Below are positions 56,541 to 64,000 of a stretch of DNA of 64,000 nucleotides, one piece after another. Every line of letters starts with the position of its first letter. Position 1 is the stretch's first letter. Source of the stretch: Methanoculleus sp. (GTDB lineage Archaea; Halobacteriota; Methanomicrobia; Methanomicrobiales; Methanomicrobiaceae). The notes beneath the pieces were generated by a model that was not told the origin of the DNA, did no database searches, and was given only the letters and a program-made list of their open reading frames with translations. A program made the position numbers and the translations under genes. The stretch spans positions 3,565 through 67,564 of the forward strand of contig DSDF01000045.1 of assembly GCA_011048835.1 (NCBI GenBank). The letters are read 5' to 3'.

Positions 56541-58079
56541 ATGAGAGACAGGACAGACCCTGCGAATACATTGCCGGGGAAGGCAGCGTCGTACTGGCTT
56601 GAGACGATACCGGAAACCCGCCACCCTCCTCTTTCCGGAGACATACAGGTGGATGTGGCGATCCTCGGGGGAGGAATGGTGGGTATCACCTCCGCCCTTC
56701 TCCTGAAGGAGGCCGGACTGTCGGTGGCGGTGATCGAGGCCGACCGCATCGTTCACGGCGTCAGTGGGCATACGACGGCGAAGGTCACCTCCCAGCACCA
56801 CCTGATCTATGACTGGCTCCTGGAGCAGTTCGGGATGGATAAGGCACAGATGTACGCAGAATCGAACCAGACGGCGATAGGGCGGATCGATGCTCTCTCC
56901 CGGGGGCACCGGATAGACTGCGATCTGATCTTTCGTTCTGCATACGTGTATGCCGGCACCGAGCAGTCCGAAGAGCGGATACGGGATGAGGTGCGGGCAG
57001 CCCGGAGCCTTGGACTGCCGGCGGCGTTCGATGCAGACGTGCCGCTGCCCTTTGCTACGTACGGTGCAATCCGTTTCGACAACCAGGCGCAGTTCCATCC
57101 CGGGAAATATCTCAGCGGTCTGGCCCAAACGATCCCCGGCGACGGGAGTGCCATCTACGAGAAGACACGTGCTCTGGAGATCCGGGAGGGGGAGCCGATG
57201 GTGGTGAAGACCGGGAGGGGATCCGTGCGGGCGACGGATGTGATCCAGGCGACCCATGTGCCATTCCACGACAAACCAGGGTTATACTTCGCTCGATTGC
57301 ACCAATCCCGGTCGTACGCCATTGCGGTGCGGATTGATGAGACGTTCCCAGAGGGCATGTTCATCAATGCGGAGAGTCCGGTGCGATCGCTCCGTTCCCA
57401 GCCGGCGGAGGGCGGTGAACTTGTCCTGGTCGGGGGGGATGAACATCGTACGGGAGAGGGGAATCCTACGACCGATCACTACCGCCATCTGGTTGCGTGG
57501 GCCCGCTCTCTCTACTCCGTGCAGTCCATCGACTACCGCTGGTCCACCCAGGACACCATGCCCCTGGACCGGGTTCCCTATATCGGAAGGCAGACACCGG
57601 ACCAGGATCATCTCTATGTGGCGACAGGATTCCGAAAATGGGGGATGACTGCCGGCACCGTGGCGGCGATCATCCTCTCGGATATGATCCTGGGCAATTC
57701 CAATCCCTGGGCGGAGGTATACGATCCCTCACGCTTCAAGCCGCTCAGTTCAGCCCGGCCCGCCTTTGAGCAGGTGACTGCGACGGCGAAAGGTTTCGTG
57801 GGTGCCCGGCTTACGGGAGCCCCCGAAGAGGCGTCACAGCTTGCGCCCGGCACCGGTGCGGTGGTTGAGGTGAAGGGGGAGAAGGGGGGAGCCTACCGGG
57901 ATCCTGATGGGGTTCTCCATACCTTCGATCTCTCCTGCCCGCACATGGGGTGCCTTGTTGCGTGGAATGCCGCAGAGAAGAGCTGGGACTGTCCCTGCCA
58001 TGGTTCGCGGTATACGGCAATGGGGGACGTGCTCCATGGCCCTGCGGTGAAGGGTCTCAAGAAGAAGGGTCAGCACTAA
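56541..58079 (+). CDS. FAD-dependent oxidoreductase (DAO family) fused to a C-terminal Rieske [2Fe-2S] domain
   Basis: N-terminal VAILGGGMVGITSALLL (dinucleotide fold). C-terminal CPHMGC...(17)...CPCHGSRY (CxH...CxxH Rieske motif, about 57934-58010). Confidence 0.8.
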   Translation: MRDRTDPANTLPGKAASYWLETIPETRHPPLSGDIQVDVAILGGGMVGITSALLLKEAGLSVAVIEADRIVHGVSGHTTAKVTSQHHLIYDWLLEQFGMDKAQMYAESNQTAIGRIDALSRGHRIDCDLIFRSAYVYAGTEQSEERIRDEVRAARSLGLPAAFDADVPLPFATYGAIRFDNQAQFHPGKYLSGLAQTIPGDGSAIYEKTRALEIREGEPMVVKTGRGSVRATDVIQATHVPFHDKPGLYFARLHQSRSYAIAVRIDETFPEGMFINAESPVRSLRSQPAEGGELVLVGGDEHRTGEGNPTTDHYRHLVAWARSLYSVQSIDYRWSTQDTMPLDRVPYIGRQTPDQDHLYVATGFRKWGMTAGTVAAIILSDMILGNSNPWAEVYDPSRFKPLSSARPAFEQVTATAKGFVGARLTGAPEEASQLAPGTGAVVEVKGEKGGAYRDPDGVLHTFDLSCPHMGCLVAWNAAEKSWDCPCHGSRYTAMGDVLHGPAVKGLKKKGQH

Positions 58080-58167
58080 CCCCCGGCCCCTCCTGTACGC
58101 GAAGGGGGTGTTCTGGCATCGGTCGGTCTTCGCAGGTCGGACGTTCGAATCCCGGAGAACCCGTCAA

Positions 58168-58173
58168 TTTTTT
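58168..58173. terminator. Oligo-T tract between convergent genes
   Basis: CAATTTTTTGCG lies between the stop at 58079 (+) and the stop at 58253 (-). Confidence 0.35.
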
Positions 58174-58252
58174 GCGATTCATCCCATGAAAGGGGGGTTT
58201 GGGCATTGAAATGCCCGTGAGAGCCTTGATCGGCTCAACCATCCAGTCCCCG

Positions 58253-59731
58253 CTACTCCCCGCTCCCCGGGTCGAATTTTATGGCCCGATCGTACACTAT
58301 CTCTGCGTAGGAAGGTCCGGTTTGGGTAGCTTCCTCCAGGTAGAGCCTCCATGCAATGAACATCGGCTGGTCCAGATCAATGCCGTAGCCTCCCACACCG
58401 GAGGGAACCTCGAAGCAATACTGTTCGCCTTCGCAGTCCCTGGCGACTTTATAGGCGTACAGGTACTGCGCATTCGGATTGTCCGGCAGGTACTCCCCGG
58501 CAGTTCCGTTGAAATCGGCATCGGTGATCGATCCGACGCCGTTCCAGATGTCTGCTCCATACAGGGCGAAGTTCGTGTATGTCGCCTTGCCTGTAGCGGC
58601 ATGGTTGACCCCGTAGACGATGATGAACTCATCGGTATCGTTGCCCAGCGTAAGCGGTGGCTCTCGCAGGAAGTCATAGTACTGCGTGGTGTCAAAGAAG
58701 GGCGGCGTTGGCGAATTGGCAGTCTGATTTGCGGTCCACAAGTACACGGCATCGTTGGTCGGGCCGACGGCGTCGATCCCCCGCTGGATTGCGTCACTCC
58801 CTATCGGGACTCCGGGGGCCGTCGGCAGCTGCGTGGCGCTCAGGTTGCTGTATCGTTCGAGGATCGCGCTCTCGAGTTCATCGAGGTCGTCCGTCAGGTC
58901 AAACTCCGTCTGCCCGGTTCCCCGGACTCGCAGCTCCGGATAGTCGTACGGATCCAGTTCCGTCGTGGTGGTGGGCGTCACCCGGAAGATGGTCGCCGGG
59001 GTGTTGTTGATGTACTCGTTGCCGGCCTGCGTGTCCGTGAAGAGAGCCGGGCGGATGTATACGGCGAACCTATCGGAGTCGTTCTCAAGCCCCATCCTCA
59101 GTATGGACGTGGGGAACACCTGGGTGTTCATGATGTCCTCGGAGTACCCTGCTGAGCTGGCGGCGGCGCGGATGCGCTCGTCGATCCCCCGGTCTGCCGT
59201 AGAGACGATCATCGTCGTCTGGTTGAACGGCTCTCCCGGTTCCCCACCGGTATTGATGACCAGGTTGTTCAGCGGATCGGCGATGTTGGCAAAGATCCAC
59301 CGTAGCTCGTTGTCGTACGTCCTGCTCAAGAGGTAGGGATCGTAGCTGAAGTACCGGCACTCCGGCGGTGTCCTTCCGACGAAGACGATGGCCTCATCGG
59401 GGCCGAGGCTCCAGAATGCTGATGTGTTTCCGCTCATGCCGAGTTCTTCTGTTATCGCCGCAATCCGTTCGTCCACCGCATACCCCGGGGCAGGCGGAAC
59501 GAAATATACCAGGTATCTCGTGGCAGGATTGTTGCCATATGCAGACGGCAGCACTCCTGCCTCATAGAGCTGAATGAAATCGAAGAACCCTAACTCGCCT
59601 TCCTGCACGGTGTAGCCTTCCTGTTCCAACGCCAGGCGAAACGCCTCTGTGTCGCCGAACTCTCCTTCCTGTGCAAGGGCGGGCCCTATTAACAGGGCTA
59701 CTACAAGTGAGAATAGTATATATCGTCTCAT
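58253..59731 (-). CDS. Secreted hypothetical protein, rich in N-glycosylation sequons
   Basis: A signal peptide MRRYILFSLVVALLIGPALAQ. 492 aa, with many N-x-S/T sites (NTS, NQT, NNT, NLS, NDT, NGT and others). No family was recognised. Confidence 0.7.
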   Translation of the reverse strand: MRRYILFSLVVALLIGPALAQEGEFGDTEAFRLALEQEGYTVQEGELGFFDFIQLYEAGVLPSAYGNNPATRYLVYFVPPAPGYAVDERIAAITEELGMSGNTSAFWSLGPDEAIVFVGRTPPECRYFSYDPYLLSRTYDNELRWIFANIADPLNNLVINTGGEPGEPFNQTTMIVSTADRGIDERIRAAASSAGYSEDIMNTQVFPTSILRMGLENDSDRFAVYIRPALFTDTQAGNEYINNTPATIFRVTPTTTTELDPYDYPELRVRGTGQTEFDLTDDLDELESAILERYSNLSATQLPTAPGVPIGSDAIQRGIDAVGPTNDAVYLWTANQTANSPTPPFFDTTQYYDFLREPPLTLGNDTDEFIIVYGVNHAATGKATYTNFALYGADIWNGVGSITDADFNGTAGEYLPDNPNAQYLYAYKVARDCEGEQYCFEVPSGVGGYGIDLDQPMFIAWRLYLEEATQTGPSYAEIVYDRAIKFDPGSGE

Positions 59732-59927
59732 ATACGCTCACCCTGAGCGTAATACCATCTGAGCGATAAAAATGCTTCGGCAATGCACCAGGCCGGCTCG
59801 TGGAGAGTCCGGTCGATGGCGGCGATCGGCCACGACCTCTCATTTCCAGGTGATGTTCGATGAATGCTCTCGCACATCCCTTCAAACCTGTATTCGGCTG
59901 CAACACCTGACCTCTCTCCACGCGTAG

Positions 59928-60206
59928 GCGTCTTCTGGGACCGGAGTCCACAGTCTGACGGCGCTTGCACGGATGATCCTTCTGGCGGGTATCACCCGCA
60001 GCGTCCACCTCGTTCTCCTCGCCGGTCGCCGCCGGTTCGCAGACGCGGGATTCCCGTGGGCAACGCTCTTTTTTTCCTTCGAGTGGCCCTCTGTCGTAAA
60101 TGCGCTGGACATTCTTGCATGGGACGTTGTTTTTGCCCTCTCCATGCTCTTTGCCGCACCCGTCTTTCCTATCGGCCGACTGAAGAAGACCGTTCGGATC
60201 TCATGA
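59928..60206 (+). pseudogene. Small membrane-protein ORF, probably the 5' piece of a frameshifted gene
   Basis: ORF 59973..60206 encodes 2-3 hydrophobic helices and ends in an ATGA overlap. The next frame continues with two more helices (MIVSGALRLSWLIGVPL...GILGYVGVSLVVFPLLAVVF). Confidence 0.35.
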
Positions 60207-60403
60207 TCGTGAGTGGCGCATTGCGTCTCTCATGGTTGATCGGGGTGCCGCTCGTCGATGTGAGCATCCGGAATATCGGCATCCTGGGCTACGTCGGGGT
60301 TTCGCTTGTCGTGTTCCCCTTGCTGGCGGTCGTCTTCGAACGTGCCGACAGGTGCCAGAAAGTAAACCTTGAACCGCCGGCACATCCCACGTTACCATCG
60401 AAC

Positions 60404-61249
60404 ATGCCGGACCCCACCGACCTCGAACCGACAGCAGCGCTGGTGATGCTCTGGGCGCGTGATCTCTACCGGACCGGCAGCGCCGCACGGTTCTACTCCG
60501 GCCTCGACCTTGCCGCGGGCGAGCCGATGCGGCGGGAGTGCGAAGCGGTCTGCCCGTGGTATGCGGAGGTCATCCTGAACCGGAAATGGTTCATCAGGGA
60601 GATCACGGTCAGATTCGTCGCCGATGTGTGCGCCCCCTGCCAGGTCGTCGTCCCGGCCGCGGGGAAGTCTCCTCTCGCCCTCGAACTCCTGGACGCCTGC
60701 GAAGATCGGATCGCATCGGTGATCGAGGTTGATATCGAGGGGATGGAAGAGAAGCAGCACCTCTATGAACGGGCAGCCCCGGCCCATGCCGCCACGATCC
60801 GGTGCGTTCCTGCCGACCTTGCCGACCTTCCGGGCACGGCCGCGGCGATCGCCGGCGCCGGCTACGACCCTGACCTCCCGACGGTCGTCATCCTCGAAGG
60901 GGTCTCCTACTACATCCCTCCTGCCGTTCTCTCCGGGATATTTTCGCTCTTTGCCTCTCCCGACCAGAAGAACCGGGCAATCGTCGAGTATCTGCTCCCG
61001 TGCCGGCTCATAGCGGAGAAGCGGCGCAATATCCCCCGCAGGATATGGCGGATCATCAACCACGACTGCAATCCGGGCGGGACTGTCACCTACAGCCCCG
61101 AAGAGATGGAGCAGGTGCTCGCCCATGCAGGCTGCGATAGTGTCGTCCAGCACTCCATGCACCAGATCGAGCCCGCCCGGACCGGCGCGAACCGGTACTT
61201 CCCCGCCATTGCCGATGGTTGGATCGCAATCGCCAGCGGCTGGCTGTGA
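60404..61249 (+). CDS. Class I SAM-dependent methyltransferase (leucine carboxyl methyltransferase-like family)
   Basis: VVPAAGKSPLALEL...VIEVDIEGMEEKQ...CVPADLADL...PTVVILEGVSYYIPP follows the LCMT-type GxG...E.D...K...D...EGV..Y pattern. The frame is open upstream to 60203 (TM helices) and to 59864. Confidence 0.7.
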   Translation: MPDPTDLEPTAALVMLWARDLYRTGSAARFYSGLDLAAGEPMRRECEAVCPWYAEVILNRKWFIREITVRFVADVCAPCQVVVPAAGKSPLALELLDACEDRIASVIEVDIEGMEEKQHLYERAAPAHAATIRCVPADLADLPGTAAAIAGAGYDPDLPTVVILEGVSYYIPPAVLSGIFSLFASPDQKNRAIVEYLLPCRLIAEKRRNIPRRIWRIINHDCNPGGTVTYSPEEMEQVLAHAGCDSVVQHSMHQIEPARTGANRYFPAIADGWIAIASGWL

Positions 61250-61693
61250 GGGCCGGGTCCGCACGATCCGCCGAAGGTCACGCAGGGACCGGGCGATGTA
61301 CACCTTCACGGAAGTGATCGAGGACGATCGCCCGGAGATCGCAGGCGTTCCCGCATCCCTACGACTCAGAATGCTATCCCATGGCTCTAATCAGGATCAC
61401 ATCAGAGCCAGGAGGACACCCGGAAGGGATCGCAAACCAGAAAATAGCTCCGCGTTCATATCGGGGGTCAGAGAGGGCCATATCGTCCCTTGGGTCCCTG
61501 CCCAGAACTTCTCGAAGTAGTCAGCGCGATATCCCGGTCGGTGATGACCCGAATGTCGGCACACGATACGAACGGTCCCGGGATATGGGAGGTACAGGGC
61601 GGCGAGCACGTATTTTGGATCGATTCTCCTCGACAACCGCAACTCGAGCGGTCAGTTGAGAAAAGGCAGGGCATCCCATCCGCCGTCCTGCGC

Positions 61694-62461
61694 TCATGGT
61701 GAAGTCCCGGTTCGGCGCCGGCCGGTATCTCCTCTCCCGATCATGCTCTTGTACCAGACAAACCAGGGGGTGTCCAGGAGACCGATGATGTTTTTCGCAA
61801 CGATCTGGCCGATGATCAGCGGCAGCAACGGAGCCACCCCGAAGAAGGCAAGCGTCACGAAGATGACCGAGTCGAGGGTGAGGTTGGCCGCATCGCTCAC
61901 CGTGGTTCGGAGCCAGACGTACGGATTTACAAGTGCACTGTCCGCAAATGCCTCCTCCCGCCTCAGGAACCTGTCTTTCAGGCTGGCAAAGATCCAGGCG
62001 TCCAGATTGGCGGTGATCAGAAATGCCACCCAGCTTGCTGTCGTAATCCGCAGGGAAAGGGAAAAGATGTTCTGCCAGGCCTCTTCATAGCCGAAGAGGG
62101 GGGCGGGGGTGAGCGTGTTTCCGATGGCGATGAGTATCGTCAGGAGCACCTGGGTGGCAAAGGCGAGAAGTATTGCCGCGTGCGTCATCCGCTCGCCATC
62201 GACTTCGTTGATCATATCGATTATCTGCGCGATGAAAGGGTAGACGAAGACTGAGGCCGGGGCAAAGAAGGTGAACGCCACCAGATCGAAGACGATCACC
62301 CGGGTGGCAAGCACCTGTGAGGCTGCGAGGTAGATGATATAGAACCCGGTGAGGGCTGCAAAGGCGTATTCCCGGTGTCGTCGCACGATATATACCGATA
62401 TATAGGTGACAAGGGAGAGCCCGATCACCCAGTACACCCAGACCAGCATCCCATCCGGCAT
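61694..62461 (-). CDS. yhhQ: VUT/YhhQ-family (DUF165) queuosine-precursor transporter
   Basis: A 255-aa multi-TM protein with ASQVLATRVIVFDL, ASWVAFLITANLDAWIFASLK and LDTPWFVWY, typical of YhhQ. A TATAAAAAA box lies about 35-40 nt upstream on the minus strand. Confidence 0.75.
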   Translation of the reverse strand: MPDGMLVWVYWVIGLSLVTYISVYIVRRHREYAFAALTGFYIIYLAASQVLATRVIVFDLVAFTFFAPASVFVYPFIAQIIDMINEVDGERMTHAAILLAFATQVLLTILIAIGNTLTPAPLFGYEEAWQNIFSLSLRITTASWVAFLITANLDAWIFASLKDRFLRREEAFADSALVNPYVWLRTTVSDAANLTLDSVIFVTLAFFGVAPLLPLIIGQIVAKNIIGLLDTPWFVWYKSMIGRGDTGRRRTGTSP

Positions 62462-62700
62462 ACGGCAGGGAATGATGCGGTGGAGAGGGCATAATCTTTT
62501 TTATACGCTCGCCATGCATCCAGCGTCCAATCCCCTTGCTGTTCTGCGGATTGGGAAGGCGATGAATCCAGCGACACTTCCTTTCTGAGGCCGCACTGCG
62601 TGTTTGGCCATGGGGTTGTCGGATATCACCGCCCACCGGTGAGTGATGATTCGGTGGCCCGGCAGTAATCATTAATACTACCTGCCACTACGGTCATCCG

Positions 62701-63045
62701 GTGAAACTGATGGGTGATGAGGGAGAGCTGTTCACGGTCGGCCTGTGGACCGTGAAATCCGGAAATGAAGAAGAATTCGTTAAAAAATGGCAGGCATTTG
62801 CCCGGTGGTCGCTGGATGCCATGGAGGGCGGCAGCTGGGCGTACCTGCTGCAGGATGCGGAACAGAAAAACCGGTTCATCTCGTTCGGCCCCTGGGATTC
62901 CCTTGAAACCATTGCCGCGTGGCGAAACAAACCCGAATTCAAATCGGCCATCGCCGAATTCAGGGACCTCTGTGAAGAGGTAACCCCCGGGACGATGAAG
63001 GAGGTGGCCCATCTCACGATACCATCAGCGCCAGCGCCGAGGTGA
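62701..63045 (+). CDS. ABM (antibiotic biosynthesis monooxygenase)-like ferredoxin-fold protein
   Basis: FTVGLWTVKSGNEEEFVKKWQAF...FISFGPWDSLETIAAWRNKPEFK is typical of small ABM domains. The start is GTG 62701 or ATG 62710. Confidence 0.6.
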   Translation: MKLMGDEGELFTVGLWTVKSGNEEEFVKKWQAFARWSLDAMEGGSWAYLLQDAEQKNRFISFGPWDSLETIAAWRNKPEFKSAIAEFRDLCEEVTPGTMKEVAHLTIPSAPAPR

Positions 63046-63055
63046 GGAGATATCG

Positions 63056-63841
63056 ATGGAGACGGTCAGGTCGAAGGACGGAACAGCGATCGCCTACGAG
63101 CGAAGCGGGGCGGGGCCCGCGCTGGTGCTGGTGCACGGCACCACGTCAGCCCACGAACGCTGGGCGCCTCTCCTCCCCATGCTGGAACCCACCTTCACCG
63201 TGTACGCCGTCGACCGGCGGGGCCGGGGCCAGAGCGGGGATTCGGCAGATTACTCCCTCGAGAGCGAGTATGAGGATATCGCTGCCGTTGTGGATTCTAT
63301 TGTCAAGCCGGCAAGTCTCCTGGGCCACTCCTACGGGGCATTGATCTGCCTCGAAGCAGCGCTCCGCGTCACGAACCTCGATAGACTCATTCTCTACGAA
63401 CCGCCGATACCGACAGGGGTGCCCATCTATCCTCCCGGGGCACGGGCCAAAATCCAGAACCTCCTCGATGCGGGGGACCGCGAGGGTGTCCTGCTCGCGT
63501 TTTATCGAGATGTTGTTGAGATCCCGGAACCCCAGATCGCGATAATGCGAAAGGAGCCTGCCTGGGTGGCCCGGGTGGCAGCGGCGCACACCATTCCACG
63601 GGAATTCGCGGATGAAGACTATGTATTCGAGCCTTCGCGCTTTTCGGACCTGAATGTTCCTGTCCTGCTCCTGCAGGGCGAGAACAGTCCCCGGCACCTC
63701 AAAGCGGGCACTGAGGCGGTGCATGCGGCGTTGCCCGACAGCAGGATTGCCGTCATGCCCGGGCAGCAGCACGTCGCGATGAGCACTGCACCGGAACTGT
63801 TTGTGCGCGTAATCACCGAATTTTTGTTTGCATCTGGTTGA
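63056..63841 (+). CDS. Alpha/beta hydrolase
   Basis: LVLVHGTTS and the nucleophile elbow LLGHSYGA; a His lies near the C-terminus (GQQHVAM). An SD-like GGTGAGGAG lies upstream. Confidence 0.8.
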   Translation: METVRSKDGTAIAYERSGAGPALVLVHGTTSAHERWAPLLPMLEPTFTVYAVDRRGRGQSGDSADYSLESEYEDIAAVVDSIVKPASLLGHSYGALICLEAALRVTNLDRLILYEPPIPTGVPIYPPGARAKIQNLLDAGDREGVLLAFYRDVVEIPEPQIAIMRKEPAWVARVAAAHTIPREFADEDYVFEPSRFSDLNVPVLLLQGENSPRHLKAGTEAVHAALPDSRIAVMPGQQHVAMSTAPELFVRVITEFLFASG

Positions 63842-63885
63842 GGCGCTATGGGGGGAAAACGATGCCCGATAGTGAGGGAGGATGA

Positions 63886-64000
63886 ATGGATACCGCAGCA
63901 GTAGACGGGATCACCCTTGCGTCCGAGGTTTCAGGAACCGGTGAGCCAGCGATCTTCATTCACGGTGCTCTTATCGCGGATTCGTTCCGGCCGCTGTTGT
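63886..64000 (+). CDS. Second alpha/beta hydrolase-like gene, 5' fragment cut by the window edge
   Basis: MDTAAVDGITLASEVSGTGEPAIFIHGALIADSF resembles the N-terminus of the preceding gene. An SD-like GGGAGG lies upstream. Confidence 0.5.
   Translation, partial: MDTAAVDGITLASEVSGTGEPAIFIHGALIADSFRPLL

Noticed and set aside
58104-58163. A complete tRNA gene at the T-loop-like sequence
   Set aside because: Only about 60 nt are available between the putative acceptor strands. The D-arm and anticodon arm cannot be formed and the 5' T-stem does not pair. It is kept only as a tRNA-fragment finding.
61250-61693. An 81-aa minus-strand ORF (61397-61642, ...IDPKYVLAALYLPYPGTVRIVCRHSGHH...DYFEKFWAGTQG...) and overlapping plus-strand ORFs downstream of yhhQ
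   Set aside because: The peptide looks vaguely protein-like, but GC3 is only moderate (about 64% by hand count) and equals that of the competing plus frame. There is no recognisable family, no ATG start and no RBS. It may be a gene remnant and needs a homology search before any call.
1-64000. A window-wide visual scan for CRISPR arrays, transposases, integrases, toxin-antitoxin pairs, restriction-modification genes and large direct repeats
   Set aside because: None were found by eye. The only PIN-domain gene (47788-48171) is the conserved Fcf1-like neighbour of aIF2gamma, not a VapC toxin with an antitoxin partner. A computational repeat search would be needed to exclude short dispersed repeats.

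Overview
This window reads as chromosomal DNA from a high-GC methanogenic archaeon. Gene content suggests Methanomicrobiales, possibly Methanoculleus-like, but that is inference only. From 1 to about 55 kb it is densely packed housekeeping DNA: the S12-S7-EF2 str operon, preQ0 genes queD/E/C, aRF1-ArgRS-Taw1-SepRS, a glycogen cluster (GlgB, GH57, MalQ), a trehalose cluster (OtsA-OtsB fusion, TreT), SufCB, a UDP-GlcNAc to N-glycosylation cluster (GlmM, two GlmU-like genes, GlmS, GT2, AglB), the methanogenesis-marker YcaO, NikR, and the conserved aIF2gamma-PIN-Rpo7-Spt4-DPCK-S24e-S27ae-Kae1/Bud32 block. A tandem tRNA-Gly(UCC)/tRNA-Val(CAC) pair lies at about 55.0-55.2 kb. After it the character changes to long non-coding gaps, locally lower GC and accessory genes. 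The first gene there is a compact 202-aa 7-TM microbial rhodopsin with a schizorhodopsin-type helix-3 pattern (R68, F71, A75, C76, D82) and a DxxxK Schiff-base lysine (D187/K191). This is the most notable object in the window. The second is an overlapping exonuclease-helicase(DUF1998)-NTPase operon resembling bacterial MrfB/MrfA. No CRISPR array, transposase or integrase was seen. All calls rest on reading the translations; no searches were run.
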